Under the pieces are notes generated by a model. It did no database searches and was not told the DNA's origin. It saw nothing but the letters and a program-made list of their open reading frames with translations. 64,000 nt of DNA from Calcarisporiella thermophila CBS 279.70 (taxonomy: Eukaryota; Fungi; Calcarisporiellomycota). The position numbers and the translations under genes were made by a program. Below, one piece after another: positions 53,086 through 64,000 of this stretch (positions are counted from its first letter, which is position 1; every line of letters begins with the position of its first letter). The stretch covers positions 794,802-858,801 of the forward strand of contig NW_027192194.1 of the NCBI RefSeq assembly GCF_041956535.1, written 5' to 3'.

Positions 53086-53786
53086 ACACATTAATGGCAT
53101 ACTTGCAATTCCCTCCATACATACTAATGCCTTTGCTACAAATAACGCGAATTCTAACTGGTTTTCTAGATTAAAATTACGCAAAAGTGAGTTGCAGTTA
53201 TTCATCGCGCGCCCGTGGTTTTTTTTTATACATATTACTTAAAAATATCATAAAAGCTCCGTGTATATGAATATGCTCGTATTCTTTTAAATATCAATAT
53301 CGAAATCCATATCTATTATACAACCATCGAACCAATTTTATATTATGTTTTATTTTTCCTTTACTACAATAAAGTTCGTACACGTCTACTTCGGAAAGCA
53401 GCTTCCAAGCTTCATATTGTTTGCTATGTTTTGGATTTCGTGGTGTTGAGAGAAAGCATAATGTAAAATGATCCTTAGCACTGTACAAAAAGGATGACAA
53501 CGATCAGCCTGACTAAGGGCTTGGATTAGAGCTTTCCAGCCTATGTGAGAAGAGTGTAGGAAAGATCCAAGGAGGCATCCAACTTGCTCTTCCAGCTCAC
53601 GTTTGGAACGATGAGCAGCAATGGATAATAGTAGAGCGGCTGATAGAAATCAGCAGAACACCGGACATAGCTAACGAAATATCATGGAGAAGAGGAGAAC
53701 TGTATCCTGGCGCTAATGCCAAATCAGCTGACACACATGACAGTGTAGAGAGTTGTAATTACAGGACGGCAGCCGCAATACAGAAT

Positions 53787-53946
53787 CCAATGAAAAGCGG
53801 GTTTCTAGCACAAGCCCAATCTCTCCGATTCCTAAACGCGAAATGCCACGCTACCTGCCCTCAAAATGCGCGCAGCCAATGGGAAGCAGTCTCGTGGTGG
53901 CCACATTCAATGCTAACACGAGCCCCCTAATTGGGAAAACGCGAAA
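53787..53946 (+). promoter_or_regulatory. Histone H1 promoter with CCAAT boxes and ACGCGAAA sites
   Basis: CCAAT at 53787, 53816, 53876, ATTGG at 53930; AAACGCGAAAT twice (cores 53836 and 53939). Confidence 0.55.
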
Positions 53947-54109
53947 TTTTTCAAAAAAATTTTCAGTGCTATTTATTTCGCCCTTGTTTCTCATTTCCGC
54001 TCTCACCTGCTTTTCTTTTTTTTTTTCCCTTTTCGCTGCTTGTCTCTACAAAGCAAAATCGAATTTCGAAAACTTTTGAAAAGTTCGCATCCCTATAGCT
54101 AAATCGAGT

Positions 54110-54971
54110 ATGGCCGGAACCCCCAAGAAGAAAGCCACGAGCAAGACTGCTAAAGCAGCCTCCTCCTCTGCTCATCCCAAGGTATCCATCCGAAATTCTG
54201 CATTTTGTACGCTTTTCCCTCCAAACCTCACTCAATGCTCGCCTCAAGTATGAGGATATGATTAGGAGCGCCATTGTGAGCCTGAAGGAGCGCAAGGGCA
54301 GCAGGTAAATCCCAGTTTCTTGATTATTGGTGCCCCAACATTTTGCCTTGCGGTCAGCTGACCCGTTTGTGTTTTGGATTCTAGCCGTCAGGCCATTAAA
54401 AAATATATCCAACAGAATTTCACGGTTGGCGATAATTTTGAAATTAATTTCAAGCAGGCGCTGAAGCGAGGCGTAGGCAAAGGCGTCTTCTCTATGCCCA
54501 ACGGTAACTTCCACTTTCTCTACCACTACTGGAATTAAAAAAAAAAAAACTCGCTATATTGTTGATATCATGCAATTGGATTCGCCAATCAACTCTAACT
54601 GGACGGCTACTTTTCAACTTAGGGCCTAGCGGCACTGTAAAGCTGGCTAAACCAGAAAAGAAGGAGGAAAAGAAGGAGACCAAAGAGAAGACCTCTGAAA
54701 AGGTTTGGAACACATGATGCATTTCTTCAGTCTATTCAACGTGCTAGACCTTTTGTTTACCTTTTTCTAGAAGGCTGCTCCCAAGAAAGCAACCACTACC
54801 AAGGCTAAGAAACCAGCTACCAAGGCCGCTCCAGAAAAGAAAACGACCACAAAGAAAACCATAACTAAGAAGGCGGCTCCCAAGAAGTCCACCGAGAAGA
54901 AGCCTGCCGCCAAGAAGGCAGCTACGACAACAAAGAAGACCGCTGGAACAACGAAGAAAACTAAAAAATAG
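54110..54971 (+). CDS. HHO1: Linker histone H1 (spliced; absent from ORF track)
   Basis: [30 protein letters not shown]...GPSGTVKLAK globular domain and K/A/T-rich tail. Confidence 0.95.
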
Positions 54972-57708
54972 TTCCACTTTGCATTTAATTTTATCTTGTT
55001 TCCATGCCTCTTTATCGTCATGTACATTTTTTCTTTTCTTTTTTCCCCTCCTAAGTATTTGATCTAATTCTTGACACCGGGTGTCAGTATTCTTATTTTC
55101 TTTATTGCTTATGTAGGTTTTAGTGCTTGAAGTTTCTTTGTTCCTTGTTTTTTTTTTTTCAATATGGCTGTAAAATATAAAGTTAAGATCCACGATTCTT
55201 GTTCTCGGGTCTACTTCAAGTATTCCTAAGAATGATCTTACCAGACTGTAACTCCCATTCTCTTTCCACGAGCCCATTTAACTCTATCAAGTTTAGCCGA
55301 AAACCTTAGCAAGTTGACCAGTACTTTGAGGATACCTGCAGCTGCATACACATTCTGATATGAATAGGTGATGTAGCGGAGCTCATTCCAGTGGCAAAAA
55401 GAATCTATTTCTGCCTCCTGGCCGGGGGTGGCTAACATTAAGCCGATTGAATCTTTAGAAGGGCTGGCCAATAAAATATAAAGTCAATCCGGCCATAGGC
55501 CGAATGGTACATTTCATGGTTGGCAAGAGAAAGCGATTCATGATCCTATCAGCTAGTCATCTAGCTTCAGAGATTGCGTTGATACATACACAAGTGGATA
55601 ATCCAAATGCTTGCCCCGAATCATTGAATGCTTCAGTCACCACGAACCCTTTGGGCAATATACCTAGTTAGCCAGTCCATGGTTTAGTAAATTAATGATC
55701 CTTTGCCCTGGCGTGCTTCTTTAAAATGCTTGGGTGGCTTTCATTTGCAAAATGGTGTTCAACCAGATGGCCCTATAAAGATTGTGGTACTTGTTTTAAT
55801 TTCGCTTCTCCAATGGCCCAATGGGACGTATATTTGAGGTACTATTCTAGTTGACTTGCATGAGAATAGATCAGTTTCAACCTCGGGCAAGCAAGAATAT
55901 TCAAAAGTCAGCGTTTCTGTATATCATGTTGAGAGCGAAAATGGGCTTGAGGTCTGAGCTCTGCATGGATGCAGGGTTGTCCATTTAAACAGGCTGGACA
56001 ACCACTTCACCATGAGCTCTTCCCCTCCCCAGCCGGAACCTTTTCCTCTAACCTTACACACTCCCTGGGCTTTTTCAAATTTTACCCACAATGCACCCGC
56101 AATGGCTCATCCCGTTTGCAAGGTTTCTAATCCAACATATTCTATCTTTAGCCTGCTCTAATCGAAGAGATAGCTGATGCTGGAGAAAGTAAGGTGGTGG
56201 TTGTCTTTATTAAGGCAAGCAATTTGTGTAGCCTTATTCCTCAAAGCTTGGCTGATTAAGCTTATCACCCCTTCTCCCGCTTTAAATTAGCTCTTGCCCC
56301 CTTGAAAAGAGTCTGAAATTAATTAGTACAAAGATTACACACTCCTTTACGGCCAATCCCCCTTGGAGGAGGTTGGCATGGAAATTAGAGCGCTTGTATG
56401 GAATCCTTACGCTTTTTTTTTCTCTTGAGTCTTTAAATACAAAGTGTGCTACTAGAAGCCCATCATAATTGGACCTAAAAAAGGAGAGCGTGAGGGAAAT
56501 AAAACCATTCAGAGGATGTGGCCAGCGTTTAGTCTGAGATTACCGAGAAATGAGTTTCAAGTAAGATGACCTGGATTAGCGACTTAGAGTTTCATGGTAA
56601 AGTGACAAGCATTAACTTTGTGCTATGTCCGAGTTCTATATTTATAGTCCGGGTTATAAATAAGAGAGTTTTAAAAGAGGCTTTTCTAGAATAATTTCAT
56701 TTGATACTTGGCAATTAAAAAAAGGTTTCACAAAACATCACTTTATGCAAGTGATTAAGTTCCCTTTCATACATCCAGAGAATGTAAAGAGAGCTGGAAC
56801 GAGGTAAAGAGCAGATAAAACTTCTACCCCCCAATGGAATCGTGGCGACTCGTACAATTTATAATGTTGCCACTAGACGATCAAATGAAGCCTTCCTCCT
56901 TTTCATGATATAGGGTTCCCCATGTCACACATGCTTTGGCCATTTTTAACTATAGCAAAGCGTGTGGTCAAGTTTTTCTTATCGCGCTATTACACAAAGC
57001 AAGTAGATTGATGACCCATAACTATATAATCCTTTACATTCCCTCCCAACTTTTTCTTCCTCAGATTATTGTGATTTAAAGAGGGAATTGATTTCTACTC
57101 TTCTATCAACCCATCCAAAGGCCAGGAGCTTTTCTTCTTTCCCCTTCCCACAGGATTGTTCTCTACTCACTCCCGACCCCATTCCTTTGCAAACTATCAC
57201 TCTGCCATTCTTCTTGTTATGTCACCCACTCATACATATCCCTCAGGTCACCATTCGAATCACAAGCCAAGGCAAGCTTTTAGATTACATCCAAACAGCA
57301 TAAAGAAGAAGATCAAGCCCCCTCCCCTAGTTATCAATCATGATTGGGAAAACTGTTATAATGGTAGGTCTGAATCTCAAAGCCAACTCAACCTGCACTA
57401 CTCATTTCCATTTCAATGTAGATGAGCTTGCATTGCATAGAAGGCAAACTAAAAGATTTCGCGTAACATGTGTCGTGTTTCTCCTGATGATGGCCCTGCT
57501 TCTGCTGTTATGTTTCGCATTATTGTCTCCAGTGGTACGTAGCTGACGCGAAATAAAAGTACTCCCCTCGTTCCTTGAACTAAATGCAGTACCCCTCTAG
57601 ATTTTAAAATTCCAAGGTCGATCTTACAAAAGAAACGGCTCAGTCGATGTTTCATCTCGCTCATTCTGTGTACTACACATTTTTTGCACTCCATCTGCAT
57701 CATCCTTC

Positions 57709-57987
57709 ATGGCTCCTTTTGAAGACGAGTTTGACCTTGAAGATCCCGGCCTCGCTGGTGCCGAGGACATGGGTGAGGATACTCTCGAGCAATTTGAGGC
57801 CGAGTTTGACAATCTCCTTGACGAGTACTCACTTGAAGAAGAGCCCACCCATACTATAAGTGAGCAAGAACAATTTCTGGCTTGGGTAAAATATAAAGAG
57901 AACATATGGCGTATCCAGGTGATGCTGCTAATGGCGAATGTGGCATTTATTTTATTAATCTACATGTATTTGTACATTTATTATTGA
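57709..57987 (+). CDS. Acidic 92-aa orphan with C-terminal hydrophobic segment
   Basis: Biased D/E-rich coding-like ORF with C-terminal TM-like stretch; no recognised family. Confidence 0.5.
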   Translation: MAPFEDEFDLEDPGLAGAEDMGEDTLEQFEAEFDNLLDEYSLEEEPTHTISEQEQFLAWVKYKENIWRIQVMLLMANVAFILLIYMYLYIYY

Positions 57988-58671
57988 TTGATTTTATTTT
58001 CTTATTTATTATTCATTTCTCCTTCAATTCTTATGATCGGCCATCAATCCTGCACGACTGCGTCCCGCAATCGTTTCTTCCGGAGTGGGTTTTCTTGTTA
58101 CGATGTTATGTTTCTCATCCTCTTTCCTCCCACTTGTTGACTTGTCTATTTACATAATCCCGGATGCCGTGGTGTCAAGGCGCCTGGGGCTTAGGGTGGG
58201 TAGAATGAGGGAGCCAAGCCAGTCCCCCTACAATTTATTTGTAAACCAGGCAATTTGTACAGTTCCGCGTTTTCCGTGACGGCCTTTTTGAGTCTCTCAA
58301 TGGTGTGCAGAAACGTACATTGGGGTCGACGTGCAGGATCCACTCAGAGATAATCTATGGGGGAGGAAGGGGAGGGGACTGTTCTTGTGGTTTCATATTT
58401 CTCTAATGCCTGCCAAATTATACCTGGTGCATAAAGATAAAAGTGCATACTGGTTCAATAAAATTTTTCTACACTCATACCCCAACTCACACGCCTTCAT
58501 CCCTCCCCATTATTACCCCCCTTCTCTCTAATCTTGCGCAATATCTCTTTATACTACTGTTTAGATTCTCCTTTCACTTTTTAAATTCTCTCGGTTCATT
58601 TTATTTGCTAACTTGATCGTTAGACCTTCGCTCTTTATTATTGTTACCCCTCTCTTGGATATATCCGTTCC

Positions 58672-59687
58672 ATGCCATCCTGGATTCATAAAAAGGGTAA
58701 GGCGGACACCATCCATTCGCCAGAATCTGGAACTCCAGTATACCTTCACGTATACACAATGGTGACTTTCCTTCTCTTCTGATCCGAGATTGTTTGGTCA
58801 ACCTAATTCTTTTGCAGTTACCACCTAGCGCCATTGCATTTATTACAACGGCTTTAGGAATTGGCGTTTATCATTCCGGCGTAGAAATCCGCGGGAGAGG
58901 TAAGGATGCATGCACAAGTTTTCGTCGATTTGACAGATTGCTAATGCTACTATTGTGTCCTCATCTGTTTCAACATCGTAAACAGAATACTGCTTTGGCG
59001 CCCATCCTCACGAACTCCCTGGGATATTCGTGGTAACACCCAAAGTCGGTCCTCCGGGTGTGACTTATAGGTATGTACAACACGTTGTGATCCCAGTGCC
59101 CTCTCCCCCACTCTCTAACCCTCCCCTACTTTATTGAAGAAAATCAATTTTCATGGGTTACTGTAAATATTCCGACAACCATATCAATCGAATTATCCAT
59201 ACGATATCAAGAGAGTATACCGGAGTATCCTATCGTCTATTGACAAGGTGAGTTTACTTTCCCGGAGAGAGCACCTTCTTCAACTCGGTATTTAACGCTT
59301 TGATTTGCGCAGGAACTGTAACCATTTCTCGAGTGATCTGTGCCGGAGACTACTGGGCAAACCCATTCCAAGTAAGACCTTGCATTTCCAAGGAATTCGC
59401 TAGAGAGAGGAGTATAACTATATCTTGGTGGTTTTTTCACGTGTAGATTGGATCAATAGAGCCGCCGCCATTGCCTCTTGCTTTCCCTGCATCCTCCCCC
59501 CGGAATGGATCCGACCCCCAGAATGCGAACCAGGTAAAGATCCAAATGCGTGTCTCTAGCCACTTGTTATATTTCCTACACGGGCTCAATGAACCTTTTG
59601 ATTTTATTAGAAATACCCATTACAGATCATACTGATATCTCGCACGCCCCACAAAAGAAAAAAAACGAATTTTTAAGGAAGAGGTGA
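58672..59687 (+). CDS. PPPDE/DeSI deubiquitinase-deSUMOylase (spliced)
   Basis: PVYLHVY, GIGVYHSGVEI..EYCFG, YRLLTRNCNHFS, IPNWINR, ILPPEW. Confidence 0.92.
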
Positions 59688-59997
59688 TCACTTATTCATG
59701 CTAGGCTGTTTGTATTTTTTATTCATTTTTTAGGCTTCTTTAAAGGGACCTTTTGATTATTGTATTTTTACCTTTTTTTTGTTCTTTGCATCTTGTCTTT
59801 CCAAGGGACTATATTGCCCGGTATATTTCCACTCATTTTTTCTGGCCCCGATTATTCGATGATCAAGTTCCTATCTTGAAATTGGGCCATGACTGCTGCC
59901 CATGTGAAGAAATCTGCATATGCCATTAATATAAAATAACACGAAAATATTGTTCTTATTTTCAAGCTTTGCAAGCATTCTTGATTAGATTGATATC

Positions 59998-61470
59998 ATG
60001 TCGGATAATGTAGCCCATGCTCTTAGTGGTAAATAACTTTGCCTTATATTGGGATGTAAGCAGGTTGCTTTGTGTTGCTAATTGATATGTTTCTTTTGTC
60101 ATAGGTGCCGGAGGTGGCATCATCTCAATGGCATTGACCTATCCTCTAATCACCATCAGTAGTCGCATGCAAGTTCAAAAAAACAATAAAAGCTTAGACT
60201 CATATCATGTAAATGTTTTACCTTTCGAGATCACCTTTCGATAACTTGCATTTTTTTTTTTTCTTCTCTCTAATTCAAGTTCGTGTTCTGATTCCTAATA
60301 GAATAGTTTCGATGCTCTTAAAAAGATCATCCAGCGAGAAGGTTTCAGTGGACTCTATTCGTAAGCCAAGTTTTACATGAGACGCTTTTTTTTTACTAAG
60401 TTTTTAAATGTTATTTTCGGTAGTGGACTAGATTCAGCTCTTTTTGGCATTGCGGTGACCAATGGTATGGATTGAACAATGATGCAATATGAAAGAATAT
60501 TTCTTTTCATCTTTCATGCTGATGTCCGATTATTTTCTTTCTTTTTAGGAGTTTACTACTACTTTTACGAATGGACAAAATCCAGTTTTATGAAAGCCAA
60601 GAGAATAATGAGCACAGGAGAATCTATGCTTTGTGGAGCAATTGCAGGCGCTGCCACCGCAATTATCACTAATCCGATCTGGGTGGTGAATGTAGGTGGA
60701 GTCACTACTTTAGGATACGATACATTATTTTTCTGAATTGTTCTATTACATAATATTCAAGACCCGTATGACAACCAAGCGCGAGTCTCTTGAGGAAGGA
60801 GAACCCTCAACGTCGAAGCGTCCCTTGGAGACACGTCGTATCGGGACCATTGAGGCCACTCTAAAGATTATTCGTGAAGACGGAATCCTTGCGTTCTGGC
60901 AAGGAGTTGTTCCTGCTCTAATTCTCGTCATTAATCCAGTGATTCAATACACCGTCTTCGAGCAATTAAAAGGACGACTTCAGCGCAACCGGAAGTTGAC
61001 GAATTTTGACTTCTTCTGGCTGGGTGCAGTCAGCAAGTTGGTGGCCACCGGGGTCACCTATCCTTACATGTAAGATACCTCTCATAAGAGAGTGGTGAAA
61101 TCTCTCCATTGGATACTGAAGTCACTTCTCAATTGGCAGTGTAATCAAATCTCGGATGCAACTACGTCAGTCTGAAAAGACGCGCTATAAATCCGTGTTT
61201 GATGGCTTGCGCAAGATTATCCAGACAGAGGGTGTTGAGGGACTTTACAAGGGTAATCGTCTTGATTTTTTATCTCTTTTTTCTTCGACGACTTATAGTG
61301 TTTGCTGTGTGTATTCGGAATGTCTATTAGGACTTAGTGCAAAGCTTAGCCAAAGTGTGTTGACGGCCGCTTTCCTGTTCATGTACAAAGAAGCGCTCTT
61401 CAAGTATAGCATTGCACTGTTGGTGCTTCTTGGGGCTCGCAAAACAGAAATTAAAGTCGTTTCCAAATAG
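59998..61470 (+). CDS. Peroxisomal carrier PMP34/PMP47 (SLC25A17, spliced)
   Basis: MSDNVAHALSGAGGGIISMALTYPL, ITNPIWVVNTRM, LILVINPVIQYTVFEQLK, QSVLTAAFLF. Confidence 0.92.
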
Positions 61471-61959
61471 ATATATATGTCCTTAAATTTTGTTTCCAAT
61501 CAGGAAATGATACTCTCTTTAACCGCCTATTGATCTGATAGCCTTACATTTCGCTCTTTTGATATTGCTATGCTCTTTGTGTACAAAACAGTTTAGTTAA
61601 GATGTATTTACATAGAATAAATTATAAACGGGATACTTTAAAGGAATGTCCATATATAGAATAAGGATACTTCACTATACTAGCTAGAGGATACCTGGAT
61701 TCTTCAGTAGTGCGAGTTTGAAAGTGATTAGATACATGTGGATCCAACTGGAGGATTGGAAATACCCTGTTTTGGATGAGGATGGTTCATTTAGAAAAAT
61801 TCTGGGTTTAAAATAGGTTGTGTTAGTCAAGTTGGCCTGATGAAGCGTCAGTTTTTTTTTTCAGCCCAGTTCAAATTTCCTTTGTTCGAGCAAAAACTTT
61901 AATTTCGGGACCCAAATCTTTGTTGTGTTTTACTAAATATACACTTTCAATTGCGATTG

Positions 61960-63791
61960 ATGGCAAGGCTCGCAGAACATTTCCATAATATTAATACAAT
62001 CAACGTTTCCATTGGTCTCTCTAATTCTTCCAGCGATGCCCTTCCAACGGAAATCACGATACACCCGCACCTTATCGCCATTCGAACCCAATCAGGCTCG
62101 GAGGAGATCCTCCCACTCCCTGCGCGTATAGATCCTAAACGCGTTACGCGATCTAGCTCTGGCACCACGCTAAATCTCAAGTTACCCACTGCTGATATCC
62201 GGAATAAGTTCAAGGATTCTTCCAATTCCGGTTTAGAATTACCCATCTCTTCGCGAGAAATTCTTGACCTACAGAGCATCGCCTGCCAATTCTGTCAGGC
62301 TACACTGACGAAGCCTGCGGAGGAGAGAAACGAAGCAGGAAGAAGAGTATTATTTAAAAAGGTCAAAGATCTACCTTCGGAGCACTGGCTAGAACTGGTG
62401 GATTGCTGGATGTGCCATGAAGATCAGGATTTCAAGGTCGGAGAGATCAAGGCATTACCACGGGTGGGGTTGGTCGGTGGGACCTACCTGTTGTTGCACC
62501 CTACCGACGTCAATATCGAGGCAGTAGAACTGACAGAGAGAAAGGTGATTGTCAAAGTAGTTTTCTTCCTATTACTATTGAAAGGACTCTCAGAAGGCCG
62601 GTGCCACAAGCGGTTGGCTACTGCATGCCGATACAAATGTCCTAGAAAGAATCCCTGGTCTCCTAACAGGTCGCAGTAGTTGCGGAGTTTTGCATTGCGA
62701 TTTATTACAAGACCATACATTATGTCATCGTATATTTGATTTCGAAGATGCCTGGTGGACTAATTCCATTTTTTACCCATAGACTTCATTGCTTCCAGGA
62801 AGGTATTGGCGACCCCTGACCTGTCAGCGCTGCCTCTCTCCTCTGGGAGAAGCTCTTTTTGAATGTTCAGCTCTGGAGGAAAATCTTGAACAGGCATCTG
62901 GTAATATACATTTTTGGGAAGTTTGATCTCTCTAAATGCGTACCTTGACCTATGATTGCTTCAGAACCTAAGCTCGTCACTTTGAAATTTAATAAGTATT
63001 TCATCCAAATCGATGTTGTTGACTCGTCAAGAGAGTAAGCGCAGAGGGTTTTCTTCTATCTCTATTGTTGGACAAAATGAATTTACCTTGCAATATTATA
63101 GTTGTGAGCTTGTGTCTTTCCGTCCCTCTTTCAAACCGTTCATTGCACACGATTTTCTTGAAGCTGCACGTGCCCACGCTACCTATCGCTTTATTATAGA
63201 AGGCCAGGAAACAAAAAAGCCCTATCTCACAGTCAGTAGGATATCTCTTTTATTTTTATTTGCTTCTCATTCACCCGACTTGCCCTCGAAGTAGATATGG
63301 ATCTTCAACCCTTTCATACATATCATGGCAACCGCCGCAGGCAGCATAGTTGAAGCAACAAGCGGACTTTCGAGTTATATTGCGAACGATTTTCTTTCAA
63401 GCAGTAGTCGATATCGAAAAGGTACTGAAACCTATTATAGTATCCCCCCAATGCTATGGCCTAATTGGTTGCACCCACTTTTATTCTTAGTGATGAAAAT
63501 ACTTTACACTGATTGTACTGACAGGCAGGACGAGAAGGTGAAAAAGTATATTTTTACATTTATTGCGCACCCCAATTGTAATTTTAATATCTACGGATTC
63601 TTACCAATTTCTATTCTTGTTGCTCTATTAGGATTTTGAAACAATTTTCTGGGGATAAACAGGTTGAGCGTTTCTATTATAATGATGACCTATGTAAGAG
63701 AATCCTGCTTATGCTTCGCCTTAGTACCCAATATTTGCCTCCAGATGGCCGAGTTATAAATGGATTTCAGGTTGGGTTTTTAGACTATTGA
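61960..63791 (+). CDS. IPA1: HECT-like Ipa1/UBE3D protein (spliced)
   Basis: CQFC, KDLPSEHWLELVDCWMCH, AHATYRFII, WIFNP, MKILY. Confidence 0.85.
62581..62722 (+). ncRNA. Intronic H/ACA guide RNA, snR81-like (U2 pseudouridine 42 pocket)
   Basis: Hairpin GGAC/GTCC with pocket AGAA|GGC...GCC|GATAC complementary to U2 GUAUC-U*G-UUCU; H box AAAGAA; second hairpin TGGTCT/AGACCA then ACA at 62717. Confidence 0.82.
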
Positions 63792-63911
63792 GAAATTGTT
63801 TGAAATTTCATGATTCCCTGTAATTATTTGCATCATGTAATATACATTACTCTCTATATTTATAAAAAAAAAATCGAAACCCTTTAAAATATTTATGGCT
63901 TATTTCTCTTG

Positions 63912-63983
63912 TGCCGTCGCCCGGAATCGAACCGGGATCATCACGGCCACAACGTGATGTACTAACCATTATACTACGACGGC
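63912..63983 (-). tRNA. tRNA-His(GTG)
   Basis: Same sequence as the 47726 copy except acceptor stem GCCGTCG/CGACGGC. Confidence 0.97.
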
Positions 63984-64000
63984 TTCCGATTGGCTGAACT

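Noticed and set aside
54182-54248. U12-type intron in H1 (GTATCC donor)
   Set aside because: Donor is GTATCCAT rather than GTATCCTT and no CCTTAAC branch site is present
55100-57600. Short ORFs between H1 and the acidic ORF
   Set aside because: No coherent exon chain or motif found

Overview
Intron-rich, gene-dense eukaryotic DNA, most consistent with an early-diverging fungus (Mucoromycota/Zoopagomycota-like; inferred from gene content and ~55-90 nt GT-AG introns). About 28 protein-coding genes can be assembled: chitin deacetylase (3' end), PEX14, PKA catalytic and PKA regulatory subunits only 3.4 kb apart with a SAM methyltransferase between them, THP3/LENG8, STE11-type MAPKKK, CDK20-like kinase, NPR2, GH46 chitosanase, a Ser/Pro-rich membrane protein, a TBRG1-like FYRN/FYRC protein, ERJ5, POL12, PTC5, NAB2, RPL6, a TPR-like protein, casein kinase I, TPI1, a small Cys-rich secreted protein, a SAK1-like kinase, a C2H2/polyQ protein, histone H1, an acidic orphan ORF, DESI/PPPDE, PMP34 and IPA1/UBE3D. 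There are two tRNA-His genes. Signals absent from the ORF track: (i) THP3 appears to lack an AUG and start at a CUG; (ii) a non-coding host gene carries at least three intronic C/D snoRNAs, a 3-nt microexon and an AG|GTAAGT zero-length exon; (iii) a tRNA-Gly-derived SINE and a second poly(A)-tailed element with a 19-bp TSD are stacked 70-90 bp upstream of a tRNA-His gene; (iv) an H/ACA guide for U2 pseudouridine 42 lies in the IPA1 intron; (v) an unidentified structured segment lies upstream of PKA-C. A 631-N assembly gap sits at 46989-47619. All exon models and base-pairings were derived by eye.
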